This document shows positions 25,901-37,071 of a stretch of DNA of 64,000 nucleotides, piece after piece. Source of the DNA: Aplysia californica (lineage: Eukaryota); assembly GCF_000002075.1 (NCBI RefSeq), contig NW_004797591.1, forward strand, positions 671,142 through 735,141, in the 5' to 3' direction. Below the pieces are notes generated by a model. The model was not told the DNA's origin. It did no database searches and saw only the letters and a program-made list of their open reading frames with translations. Both the position numbers and the translations under genes were made by a program. Each line of letters starts with the position of its first letter. The first letter of the stretch is position 1.

Positions 25901-28423
25901 AATTTAGTTCTTTTCCTTTTTAGTAGAAGGCTGTTTCCACAGTTCCAGGTTGTTGGGAAACTGGGCCCCAACAGTAAGACTAAAATATCTGATAAAAAAT
26001 CTTCCTTATGTGAACATCAAACTTATTTCTCTTACATACAAGGCTAACTAGGTAACCTGTACACCATTACTTGCTCTGGTAGCTGTAACAGGAATACAAA
26101 TAAAACATAGGCCTAAGCATGACCATTTAATTTTGCTTCTATGAAAAAATTAATAAGACGCCAGACAGACGTAACATTGTTAAGAAGTAAATTATTTCAT
26201 ATTGATTAATGCTTTTATCACACACAAGTACAAACCCACATGTATCTCGAATCATTCCCAAGCACATAGTAGGTGCCAAGGAGAAGGTTGTGCCTGAAAA
26301 AAAGAAAAATTTCTAAACATGCACAGACATTCTTTGTCCTAGATATTTCTTATGACATTATGACATTATCTCATTTTACTCGTCTAAACCAAACAAACCA
26401 AACCTCATGTCTCACATTAAGAACTGGATTTGACAATGGTTTACCTGTTTCCCCTCTCATGCTGTTCACTATTGTCATCACAGAAAGACTGCCAATGTCA
26501 TTTATGTCCATAAATAGTGGGGGGGGGGGGGGGGGAGGATTGGTATTTTTTGTTAACTCACATATATATCAGATGAAAGGTGAAATTCTAGAAATAATAC
26601 ATTTTGTACTTTTGTCTTTTATTGTTGGTAATCACCAAGTAAGATCTAGTTTAAAAGCAGAGCAAAAAAGACTCCTACGATCAGTTATTGAGGCAGACAA
26701 TCTCACTATTATTGAATAGTTTGACTAAACAAAATGCATAAAAAGTGTGAAATCAAGAAGGGAGAGAACGAAAAAAAAGACTATAGATCAAAATAACAAA
26801 AGTATCAGTAAAAAGCAAAACCTAAAACCTAGTGATACTTTTTGAACAAAAATGTGCTCTATTGCGCCTCATCATAAAACTTTCCAGTAACAAATCACTT
26901 ACTTATCAAGGAATTCCTTGGTAACCGTTACATTGTAAGTGAGAAATGGATGTCCGATAACAATGCAGTTCATGAAGCTTGACCTGAGGAGCAGGACAAA
27001 TGACATGGTTTCGGGTGCAGGGAAGCAAGGCCGCCCATTGTCCAGGAGATAGGTGGTCATTTTAGACAGGTGGATGTCTTAGATGGTATTTAGAAAAAAA
27101 ATGCAAGTGGGGAAGAGGGAAGTGGTTATATGTGCAGTTAAGTGTCTTGGACGGGTGGCCCTTAGAGCATGTTCGACTGCATATATATATTCATAATAAA
27201 CATACTATGGCCGATCAGTTAGCTCAGTTGTTATTATACTGGACTATGAAGTGGATGGCCTTGGTTCGAATGCCAACAGGGTGTTCTTGCACTAGAGTTG
27301 TTTCTCAAAGCCCTCAACCAAATTGGCACTGCTTTAAAGGAGATGGACATTACATTTGAAAGTCCAACGTCTTAAATAATCTAAATGTGTTGAAAGGGTG
27401 TTAAACTTAGTTAAATCCTTACATTCAATTATTTAATTGTACATACCATATTAAAGATAAATTGTAAATGCATGAGCAACACTTCTCGCCTTACCCATGG
27501 CGAACAACATGGAAGTCATCTAAAGAGCTTTCACTGTGCTCTGAATCTGCCTGAAACAAAAGAAAGCAAAAATAAATAATAACTGGAACCACAGGCATTT
27601 GATGCGTTGGTAAAAAAAAATAAGTTCCTGATTTCATACATAACCAAAATAAATAAATAACACTTTATTTATCCATAAGGGGAAATTTGGGCTACAATGG
27701 CAGGCACACATGAACGCCAGCCCACATCCACACAAACACACACACATACATTTAAGAACACAAACATACACCATACAATGAATACCAAATACATATAATT
27801 ACACTAATGCAGACAATTTTACAAACATGCCACTGCTGGTTGCCATTAAGTAGCATTCCGTTTTTTTTTAGCAAGGGTTATCATGGCTTGCCCAAGGACA
27901 CACTCAGTGACCACCCATCTAAGCACGATGTCACAGACAATGATTATTTGTGTGTCTGAACTTACTAAACTCTCCACCACTTGAGTAGAACCATGGTTTT
28001 GAAAATATAATTATCACTAAAAATGGTGCCTTTTTCTCTTTTTTAGTTTGCAAAGCCAATTTAGTTTTTTAGTACCATCGAAACAACAAAGTTCTCGAGA
28101 TGCAAGGACTAAGCAAATAATTTGAGCACTTATAATGAAACTGAAAGCGTAAACTGCCAGTCAAAACTACAATCATAAAATTTTTTTAAAGCTTTTAGCA
28201 AAACTTTCAATTTCATTCTATTTAGGGTGGTTCTACAAATCGCTGCACAGGGTAAAACAAACCCTAGTGACACAACCATCAGTCACTAAATTCTGACCGT
28301 GGCCTTCAAATGATATTCTTTGCAATCAGTAAACACTGACTTTACCTGAGCGAAATTGACAGGGCAGTCAACACTTGAATCTGATGGTCCTGAACTTTTT
28401 TTCAGGAAGCTTAATTTCTTCAT
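6640..28423 (-). CDS. Adenosine kinase-like protein (PfkB/ribokinase family), highly divergent, predicted catalytically inactive; 12 coding exons, about 441 aa
   Basis: Hand-assembled exons with GT-AG boundaries and compatible phases: 28346-28423, 27495-27550, 26903-26983, 26240-26293, 21537-21627, 14974-15143, 13139-13229, 11210-11380, 10583-10618, 8545-8662, 7834-7929, 6640-6923 (1326 nt, no internal stop). The translation is colinear with ADK: CIVIGHPFLTYNVTVTKEFLDK ~ [37 protein letters not shown] ~ HAGGSTQNSIKVAQW; YTDVLFMDLE ~ YVDILFGNET; VIDFYGVNYAFVAGF ~ IIDTNGAGDAFVGGF. Exon sizes of 54, 171 and 36 nt match vertebrate ADK as I recall it. Confidence 0.88.
7834..7929 (-). CDS. ADK-like coding exon 11 (DLHSGK...VIDFYGVNYAFVA)
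   Basis: tttctttcag acceptor, gtgaga donor, phase 1->1; contains the degenerate PfkB signature 2. Confidence 0.88.
8545..8662 (-). CDS. ADK-like coding exon 10 (VCSSFEHQARAISKW...VIVSDG...VHT)
   Basis: ctgcag acceptor, gtgagt donor, phase 0->1; ungapped match to ETKDIKEIAKK...IVIFTQG. Confidence 0.88.
10583..10618 (-). CDS. ADK-like coding exon 9 (CAQGLIKLYNIP), 36-nt mini-exon
   Basis: Long polypyrimidine tract + cag, gtaagt donor, phase 0->0; fills exactly the EAATFAREQGFE segment of ADK. Confidence 0.85.
11210..11380 (-). CDS. ADK-like coding exon 8 (DLTICFMPK...YTDVLFMDLE), 171 nt
   Basis: ttgcag acceptor, GAG|gtcaga donor, phase 0->0; frame of ORF 11183..11386. Confidence 0.88.
12234..13098 (+). 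mobile_element. Tc1/pogo-type MITE
   Basis: TA|CAGTCGAACCT ... AGGTTCGACTG|TA. Confidence 0.8.
13139..13229 (-). CDS. ADK-like coding exon 7 (DWWSVPIKLSYMD...ERANLFFAC)
   Basis: ttttcttcag acceptor, weaker gtacga donor, phase 2->0; ILERANLFFA ~ LVEKARVCYI. Confidence 0.8.
14974..15143 (-). CDS. ADK-like coding exon 6 (WLTGQPKSVVFIG...HFNKG)
   Basis: tttcag acceptor, gtatgt donor; aligns with WMIQQPHKAATFFGCIG of ADK; lies within ORF 14955..15140. Confidence 0.88.
16888..17429 (+). mobile_element. tRNA-derived SINE family A, full length
   Basis: tRNA-like head (TGGTCTAGAGG...GGTCCGAGTCC), colinear with 1488-1970. Confidence 0.85.
17921..20236 (+). mobile_element. 5'-truncated RTE-group LINE (degenerate APE end + RT)
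   Basis: Fragmentary RT motifs (APGPDDI, QFGF, FIDQEKAFDRV, VRQGSILSP, FADD, FKYLGS, GRGRPRKRW); TSD attcgtagtt at 17911-17920 and 20237-20246; internal tandem duplications near 18586-18645 and 19840-19960. Confidence 0.9.
21537..21627 (-). CDS. ADK-like coding exon 5 ([30 protein letters not shown])
   Basis: ttttgcag acceptor, CAG|gtaaga donor; retains the PfkB GG motif. Confidence 0.88.
21890..23134 (+). mobile_element. hAT-like non-autonomous element with a degraded 5' end, relative of 31919-33280
   Basis: Shares actgggcaagacc...gttgacaagagatttattgc, the internal ataattagcatttga block and the 3' end aaaccac.agc.gcc.ctg with 31919-33280. Confidence 0.7.
23583..24183. mobile_element. CpG-rich hAT-like MITE
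   Basis: 8-bp TSD gcatacag (23575-23582, 24184-24191), imperfect TIR TAGAGACGGGC / GCCCGCCCAA, many subterminal CGAGA/TCTCG motifs. Confidence 0.7.
24302..25791. mobile_element. Tc1/pogo-type non-autonomous element
   Basis: TA|CAGTAGAACATGACTATAG ... CTATAGCCATGTTCTACTG|TA. Confidence 0.82.
26240..26293 (-). CDS. ADK-like coding exon 4 (HNLLLGTYYVLGNDSRY), 54 nt
   Basis: Strong tttttcag acceptor, gtgggt donor, phase 2->2; same size as the matching ADK exon. Confidence 0.82.
26903..26983 (-). CDS. ADK-like coding exon 3 (SSFMNCIVIGHPFLTYNVTVTKEFLDK)
   Basis: ctcctcag acceptor, gtaagt donor, phase 2->2; aligns with the ADK GNPLLD...KDFLDK exon. Confidence 0.88.
27208..27412 (+). mobile_element. 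tRNA-derived SINE family B, degenerate
   Basis: TAGCTCAGTTG A box, GGTTCGAATGC B box; 3' half matches 60815-60890. Confidence 0.7.
27495..27550 (-). CDS. ADK-like coding exon 2 (ADSEHSESSLDDFHVVRHG)
   Basis: Polypyrimidine tract + cag acceptor, gtaagg donor, phase 0->2 links exon 1 to exon 3. Confidence 0.7.
28346..28423 (-). CDS. ADK-like coding exon 1 (MKKLSFLKKSSGPSDSSVDCPVNFAQ)
   Basis: ATG at 28423 with an in-frame TAA upstream. The exon acceptor ttttaag lies at 28465 and the donor is CAG|gtaaag, phase 0. No ADK homology, so this exon is less certain. Confidence 0.6.
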
Positions 28424-29742
28424 ATTTAAGTCCGCGATGTCAGGTTAACAGAGTTTCATCACACCTTAAAATGAAATTTTAGATGAAAAAATTTCACATT
28501 AAAAGACAGTCNNNNNNNNNNNNNNNNNNNNNNNNNNNNNNNNNNNNNNNNNNNNNNNNNNNNNNNNNNNNNNNNNNNNNNNNNNNNNNNNNNNNNNNNN
28601 NNNNNNNNNNNNNNNNNNNNNNNNNNNNNNNNNNNNNNNNNNNNNNNNNNNNNNNNNNNNNNNNNNNNNNNNNNNNNNNNNNNNNNNNNNNNNNNNNNNN
28701 NNNNNNNNNNNNNNNNNNNNNNNNNNNNNNNNNNNNNNNNNNNNNNNNNNNNNNNNNNNNNNNTGGCATGCAGACAGATAGACAGACAAGTGTACAGAAA
28801 GACAGACAGTACGCAATTCAGTGTCAGTTTGAGTTGAAGAGAAACACATTGACTATAACAATGTTCATTTTGAGCACTAAAAGATCACAGGGAAAAATGA
28901 AAGAAAAATAAACAAAAGTGAAAAAGTAGAACATAGATCTTCCCAAAGCTGTATCAGTCAGAGGACAGGACCTAAGATGTTTTTTAAAGAGAAAGATGCA
29001 GCACAAAAAAAGCAAAAGAAGGCAAGTTTTGCAAAGTGTATTGACAAAATTAACCCATTTCTGCTGAAACATTAAGTTAATTTCATTAAGACAAAAAAAT
29101 TAAAATAGTTGGGTTTTTTTCATTTTTCTTAGTCTATGAATCAGAAGCACTTTCAGTTTAGTGGACCAAAAAACACAAAATTATATTAAAGTTCAGAGGT
29201 CTCTTTTTCTAAAGATTTGGCCATTGGATGACACAGACATTTGGTGGACTTCAAAGGACGCCTCCCAGCTCCTACTGGTTAGCTTCCCGGTTACCACTTT
29301 TGTTTATTCATACATGCACTTGCAATATGATCTATGGGCATTCTTAAAGCTTAAAATAAGATGTATGATGTTTTCTTGCCTTTTTTAATTATGGGAGAGG
29401 AGAAAAGCCCTTCAGCAATTGAACAGCATTGAGCAAATTCATGAGCCTACATAATATGTCCTAAGTGTACACGCAGAGCATATATATCTATATGCCATCT
29501 TCTAGCCTAAGCCACTAGCACCCCTTCCACCCAAGCACCCCTCTTGTATCTCCCTTTTCTTCATTAGGGCAAAGCCAAGAAATTTTAAAGCATAAACATT
29601 ATTACACATCATTACAATGCTTCTGCCTGTACTTATCAAAGGGCTGGTGAGCTTGAAAGTGGACAGGGCAGTGTGAAATTTATACAAGTAGAGGCAGGGT
29701 ACCACCAAAGTGTCTCCATTTATATTATGCATCACCATGCAA

Positions 29743-30957
29743 CAGGGTTGGGTTGATTTTTAAATCAGTTGATTTTTTAAATTTAAATCAACTTGATTTT
29801 TTAAATAAAAATCAGTGATTTAAATCAATTTTTTAAAAATGTATTTTTATTCAGTTTTTACATATTTCAACATTCAGAATTCCTTTCCTTGGTTTCATAA
29901 AACAGATATAAGGTTTAGTAGACTAATATAATCATGCTTAAAAGTCTGCTTTCCCCCCTTTCACTGTAAAATAATACAGTATTCAATTTACTTTTTTTTC
30001 ATAATTGAAATCAGAGCTGGTTTGATTTAAATCAGTTGATTTTTTAAATTTTAATCAACTTGATTTTTAAAATAAAAATCAGTGATTTAAATCACTTTTC
30101 AAAAAATGTATTCAGCTTTTACATATATTTAAACATTCAGAATTCCTTTCCTTGGTTTTATTAAACAGATATAAGGTTTAGTAGACTAATATAATCATGC
30201 TTAAAAGTCTGCTTTCCCCCCTGTCACTGTAAAATAATACAGTTCTCAATTTACTTTTTTTCATAATTGAAAACCAGGGTTGGGTTGATTTAAATCAGGT
30301 CGATTTAAATCAGTTGATTTTGTTTTATTTAAATCCACTTGATTTAAAAAATAAAACTCAGTGATTTAAATCACTTTTTAAAAATGTATTCTGTTTTTAT
30401 ATCTTTAAACATTCAGAATTCCTTTCCTTGGTTTTATAAAACAGATCTAGGTTTAGTAGACTAAAATAATCATGCTTAAAAGTCTGCTTTCACCCCTGTC
30501 ACTGTAAGTAGTAAAATAATGACTGTATTCAATTTACTTTTTTTTTTTCATAATTGAAATTAGCTTTTTCTTTTTCTTTTTATACAAACACAAGCGCGCG
30601 CACACACACACACTGTAATAAAATGCAAGTTTATCTATGCATAATTACCCCCCCCCCTTCCTTTAAGACTGACATTTTCTTCATTTTTTGTCTGTAGCCA
30701 TAATTCACTGGATATAGCAGATTAAGGCTTTCTAAAATTGCAGTTGCTTAAATTAATCATTAGTTAAAATAAAGACAATGCATTTTGCACTAAAAGAACT
30801 TACTTTTAGCCACCAAAAATCCCAAACTGAGTCGGCATTTTTTTAAAAAATAAAAATTTTTTTAAAAATCCGATTTAAATTTTAAAAATCTGATTTAAAT
30901 TTTAAAAATCGATTTTTTAAATTTTTATCAAAAAAATCAAAAAAATCACCAACCCTG
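29743..30957. mobile_element. hAT non-autonomous element with internal triplication of about 270 bp
   Basis: TIR CAGGGTTGG / CCAACCCTG, perfect 8-bp TSD ccatgcaa (29735-29742, 30958-30965), arrays of GATTTAAATC. Confidence 0.9.
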
Positions 30958-31918
30958 CCATGCAAACCTCTTCCCCCCCCCCCCCCCCAACACACCTTTT
31001 ATCAAGCGCAACAATACAATGAGTATTTAAGGATTTTTTTTCCATCCACAATATTAGAGTAAAGTAATCACTGAGAATTTAAAAAGTTTATTTTCCTTAG
31101 GCAAGGTTCCTAAGCATGTTAACCACACAGAAGAAATTTGGTAAACACTGTTAAAGCTGGCTCTTACTCCAGGGAAGACTAACTTTTTCCACAGAGACAA
31201 GAGTAATTTTAAACAAAGAGCTGAATGTTAACTCATTCAATTAGAGCAAAAACGTCTGCACTTCGCTGCTACGCTGAGCAGTGTTTGAGAGAACGGGTTT
31301 GGCTTAGAAATAACACACACTGAAAAGAAAATATATCTCAGTGGAATCCTAAACATCAAGTGCGTTCGCTAACTCATGTAATTTTAGATAAAGGCAGAGC
31401 TACCTCTAAAGTTTTCCTGAACTTTTCACTTGATTAAAGAGATTACAGGATTTTTGTGAGAATTCTCGTTAAACGGGCAGAAACCAGCTGCGCCAGAATT
31501 TTGGTCAATTGCATTGAATGAGTAAAGAGTTATATTATATTATGTTTGTGGTTCAATCCATACGTGGACCATGACATCTTATATTTTTGGGGCTGGGATG
31601 GCTAGTTATTATTTTCACCAATACGTTCATTCCATCCATAAACAACAGAGCCCTTGAGCTAAGGGAAAAGCCACAATAGTATTAATAGGCCTACGCGATG
31701 ACGTGTCTTCATCCTATAGAAATAGATTATAGATCTAGACTAGATTCTAGATCTACAGGCTAGGCCTATTGGAGATTGATCGACGTTGGAAGGCAAACAT
31801 ACAGAAGGCTAGATCTAGAATCTAGTAGGCAACTTAAACTCTGTAAAAGAAAGCCCATTAAATCTGTAAATGTGTCAACAGTCAAATAAAATAAATAAAA
31901 TATAAAGATTATTATGAG

Positions 31919-33280
31919 CAGGGGCGGTTTGTTAACTGGGCAAGACCGGCGGCGCCGGTCAAATTTTTGTCAGCTGGACTGTTGACAAGAGATTTATTGC
32001 TGATGATGATTTTCATTCTCGTCAAGCCGTCACGTCGTGGAACTTCGTACGAGGACAAACGAACACGGCGGGTGGACAAATACATCAACTGCCCTGAGAC
32101 TACTAAAAGCGAATATTATCTCTTGATTGCCAAGTTGGCCTCCGTGTTGCTTACAAAATCGGTAATGAGACTGTCTTGAATCTTGAGCAGCACAGACACA
32201 TGAAATATTTCATCAGCAATACATGTACTTATCATTCAGCCTTTCTCTAACTATCATCAAAACATTTATTGTCAGCATGGCACTAATCTTTTTTGTTTAT
32301 TGAATTTTTAGCCACCTTTAGTTCCTGTTTGGGGACTATTCATCGTTTTCTTCCCACTAATAACGTACCTGGCCCATATGAGTCTAGCCGGCGAAAAGAG
32401 GAATCGTCTAGTGAAGATATATAAGGAGAATTATAACGAGGAGCGACAGGCTCTCGGCTGTCAGAGTCTGGGCCGAAAACAATGGGCCTACCTCCTCACT
32501 TCCCTCCCCTTATCCACCGTCACCCCAGCTAGACACCAAGATCTATAATTAGCATTTGACACGTTTCCCCACTTTGTTACAACAGTGTTCTGAGAACTGA
32601 GAAGTGTGATGAAGAACGTTTGATTACATAATGATGGAAAACTGTTGTGCGCTAACTTTGTCCAGCTTTTTATAGTATCTGATCATAGACTTAATCTGCA
32701 TGGGACAGCGTCATTGGTACAGTATCAATTGACTTTTTGCCATCATACAGTACTGTTCTTATTACATATTTACAGGTCGAGTGCACGTCGATATTGTGTG
32801 TGGGTGTGTAGAAAGTAAAAGTACCGGAGGCCATGACCAGCAGTTTATTGTGCTTCTCACTTTCAGTTTGTTTTTTAGCATAGACTCTAGAAGTGTTTCT
32901 TTTTCTATGCTGTTCAAGTCAGTTTCTATTAACTCAGTAACTTCCATCATACATTAATCATAATATTTTTTCTTGACACTACCATATTTCAGCTCTTTCA
33001 TATTATATTAAAATGTTTACAGTGGTGTGTGTTTGTGAGTGGGGGAGCGGATGGGGATGGCAAAAGTANNNNNNNNNNNNNNNNNNNNNNNNNNNNNNNN
33101 NNNNNNNNNNNNNNNNNNNNNNNNNNNNNNNNNNNNNNNNNNNNNNNNNNNNNNNNNNNNNNNNNNNNNNNNNNNNNNNNNNNNNNNNNNNNNNNNNNNN
33201 NNNNNNNNNNNNNNNNNGGGAGGAAGAAAGAGTCTATGTGAATGATGGCCGGTCAGTTATAAAACCACGAGCCGCCACTG
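31919..33280 (+). mobile_element. hAT non-autonomous element
   Basis: TIR CAGGGGCGG / CCGCCACTG, perfect 8-bp TSD attatgag (31911-31918, 33281-33288). Confidence 0.88.
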
Positions 33281-34169
33281 ATTATGAGTTAAAATACCAC
33301 AGTATTCAGTCAGTGTAATTTATACAATGTATTACTGTATGACGGCTGTGACGTAGATCTAGATCTAGACCTAGATTTAGATATCTAGGCTAACTGTTCT
33401 GAATGATCGCTGTTCAAATGCTACACGACGCACCATCTTCAGTTCGTCGTCACAAAATCACAAAAACAATTGAGTGAGACCCATTAAAATGTGTCTTACG
33501 AGCATAGATCTAATATCATACTTTTTAAGTTGTATCATCTCAGGGACATATCTTTAAACAAATATTTCCAGCAACAAACCAATAGATCAAGAATCTAGAT
33601 TTAGAAATCTAGATCTAGACACTCAAAATAAATCGCACATCAGTCTCTTTTGTATTTCTCCAGCGCCATTCCATTTCCATTCTGATATTGTATTCGTACT
33701 CATGTAACTTCTTGACCAATGAATGAATCCGACTATTCCAAGTGGTGTTTTATCTTTGTTTATAGGCCCTATTGTAGATTTAATTGGAGTATAGGCCTAA
33801 TGAGACATGAAGGTTAGTTTGAGAGGAAATTAGGAACAGGTGGTTTTCCGGGGGTTTTTTTCAGATGCATGAATGTATATTTTGCATTTTGTTTCGAATG
33901 AAACGTGGTTAATTTTGTTCCCGATTTCTTTCAATTATCGATACCACCATTCCCTCATTGACTGGTTATGTGGTTATGTCCCCTCTTTGATGTCCCCTCA
34001 AATATTTGCCTCCCCTATCCCTAAAAATTCGTGTAGACAATGACAATTAGTACATGTATTAGGATTAGGCCTAACCTAAGCCTAGGCTAAAAGTAAAAGT
34101 CCCTAGCCTCGCCTAGAGCCTAGAGTCAAAGTCAAGGCCCCTATTCCGCATGCCACATTCATGCTTCAG

Positions 34170-35060
34170 GTGCTTAGTGAACTGTAATGTAGCCATAGGC
34201 CACATAAGCACTGCAATTATGACAAAGAAGAAGACAAAGATCAGTTCAACAACAAACTTAACAATAAAGATTTCACGACATGATAATATGTTTGTGTAAT
34301 GGGTGGCATGAATTCAGAAGTTGGGGACACAAATCGAGGAACAGATTGAAGATACAATAGGCCAACATGGAAGCATAGATGAAAGATTAATTGAGATGTG
34401 TCACAACTAAACAACCTGATTGAAGTTGTAGGTGGACCGTTTTTACATAATATAAAGGTGTCTATAAACTTGCTTGGTGTCCAGCAGATGGAATTATTAC
34501 AAATCAAATAAACCATTTTTGCACCGGAAAGAAATTCAGAACATCTTTAATTTAATCATTGGTGGCCTTACGCACAGCTTGGGTTAGATCATTAGGTCAT
34601 TTCCTCTGTATATTAACAATCAATTGGAATTGAAACGGCATTTGAAAACAACCACACAAAAGCGTTTTAATTCAACAAAACTCGGAAAACCAGACGTTGT
34701 TATTCAATTTAGAATAAACTAACCTACTATTACAAGCATGAAGGTATTTTATCATAAATTACTTATGGAGATATTGGTGATACTTGCGAAGATCTATGGA
34801 TCGCTGTAAAAATATGAACGTATTTGGTCAATTGTGAAGATGGTGGTGATGCATGCGAAGATCTATGGATCCCTGTAAAGGAGCATAAGCTGAGGAAGCT
34901 CTTGTGTGTGGAACAATATCATCTGAAGAATGAATTCAAGAAGAAACTTGCGAAGCTAGGAAAGAAAGAAAAGGAAGCAAAATTGAAAAAAATTGAAAAT
35001 GCAGCCGAGCTGCAGCAAATGATAAAATGGAGGCTCAGGAGAGATAATTATTTAACGTGT
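34170..35060 (+). mobile_element. Old LINE (RTE-like) endonuclease/linker fragment
   Basis: Degenerate APE motifs (KDQF, VMGGMNSEVG, IGQHG, PADG..NQINHF) followed by a lysine-rich helical linker (ORF 34824..35084). Confidence 0.6.
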
Positions 35061-35814
35061 GAAAGTTCCATACGGGATCTTTGAAATTTTTGTCCTTACT
35101 TTTCTTTCCCCCACCCTCCCATGTTAAAATCTCCAAGCTTTTTCGATTAGACAAACTTTGTAGCACTTTGGAACCTATTGTTATTTTTNNNNNNNNNNNN
35201 NNNNNNNNNNNNNNNNNNNNNNNNNNNNNNNNNNNNNNNNNNNNNNNNNNNNNNNNNNNNNNNNNNNNNNNNNNNNNNNNNNNNNNNNNNNNNNNNNNNN
35301 NNNNNNNNNNNNNNNNNNNNNNNNNNNNNNNNNNNNNNNNNNNNGGACTGCCAGTGGAGGCGTATTGTCAGTTTCATCGCGTACATGATCTGTTCCTACC
35401 CTCTCCTGGTGTCTTTCAGTGGTAGGTGAGGAGCGGGTGGGGTTGTTGTTGTTGTTGTTTTTTTTTGGGGGGGGGGTTGAGCTCTTTTCTTTATCATTAC
35501 TCTCTAATTACTCCACTTCTGACCACACTGTTGTATGTGCCTTAAACTTCTTACAAATACAAACTAAGAATTCCGGATGCGGCTTGTCACTTCACTAATG
35601 TGAGGGGGGTGTTTTAATGTGTGATATTTATCGCATTGATACGATATTGACTGTTTTGTAAAGAGAAAGTACGGAAACTTGACTAGATTTTGTGACGAAA
35701 GTAAAATCGGCCTCTGGGAGGTGAACATATAATACTGTACTCCTTGATCCTATCTAGGCCTACCCTGGGATCAGGGGTGTAGAATAACGTGATTAAGGAT
35801 AAAAAATCAGACGC

Positions 35815-35878
35815 TGGCAGGGATTTAACTCGGAATCTTCGGGTTGACAGGAGAATACCATATCCATTGAATTACTGA
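35815..35878 (-). repeat. tRNA-like SINE head remnant
   Basis: The minus strand reads gtaattcaatgg...ctgtcaa...gagttaaatccc (degenerate A/B boxes); it does not form a complete cloverleaf. Confidence 0.35.
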
Positions 35879-37071
35879 TTCACGTAATGGCTTAGTACGG
35901 AGAGACTTGAAAAAAACTTCAAACAAAAGTTCAACAAAATATTATTTTATTGGATTTACAATTCTATTGTGCACACTTTTTTTATTATCTCCCCAAGCGG
36001 GCTCAAATCGATTGTATAAGTAAAGGGAGTGGGTTTAGTTGGGCTAAAAAATCAATAGTGTTGTCGACAGCTGAGAAAGTGTCATATTTTAAAAATCTTC
36101 CCCAGACCCCCCCCCCCAAAAAAAAAAAGAAGAAAAAAAAGAAGAATCCCATGTATGATTTTTCAAAAGAAGCGCCGATTGAGGGTCTCAAAATAAACAA
36201 TTTACATGATTAGTTCAATATGTTATCTGGTAGGGGAGTTGTTTATACACACGCATGTAACCGAGAGAACCTAGACCTGAAAAGAGCTTTAGCAGAGAAG
36301 GAAACTTCAGGGCTTTTCAAGGTCGTGGCGAAAGAGACTAAGGAAGCTATTTAAGAAAATTTTGGTCAAGAATTGGCAGATGACAAAGCACTCTACAGAT
36401 TCTGGCAGCTGTACAGATCAATGATAAAAAAGAAGCTCGTCAAATGTCAACCAGACTTCAAAAGAAAGGACGAGGTGTGAGTGCGGTCAGACTAGGGGAA
36501 AGGTGGGGCACTGTTTGCCCGATAATTTAGCAGACAGACCAGGGCAACGAAGGAGAACGAAAAAAAGCTCCTCTGTGCAATACGCCAGCGATACGCCAAT
36601 GAACTCTTCATCTACGCTCTCAGTCCCAAGTCCAGATGGTGTACGGTTCTCTCACATGAAAAATTTTGACAAGGGTAGCATCAGGGACCTTACAGAAATC
36701 CTCAACAGGAGTCTGTGGAACGGAGAGATACCGGATGACTGGTTGGACAACCACTTAGTAGCACTCCCCAAGCCTGACAAGGACCAGAGTAAGATAGCTG
36801 CTTATCGAGTAGCCAAGATGCAAAATTGCGTGAGCAAGCTGTTAAAAAAGGAGGTGGGGTAGTCGATCGCAAAGGAGCTAGGAAAGTAAAAGGCACTTCC
36901 AGCGACTCTGGGTAGCTACAGAAGGGGGAAGGAAACGTGAATAAATGCCGCTGTCCTAGCATCAGATCATATTTATAATGGGTTTGAAAGAGGCGAGGAG
37001 ACTCTAATAGCAGCGCATGACCTCGAGGATGCCTACAATAGGGTTGAGTATGATGTCCTTTTGAGAACAAT

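Noticed and set aside
34824-35084. Lys/Glu-rich 86-aa ORF as a host gene
   Set aside because: Directly follows degenerate LINE endonuclease sequence and fits the LINE linker region.
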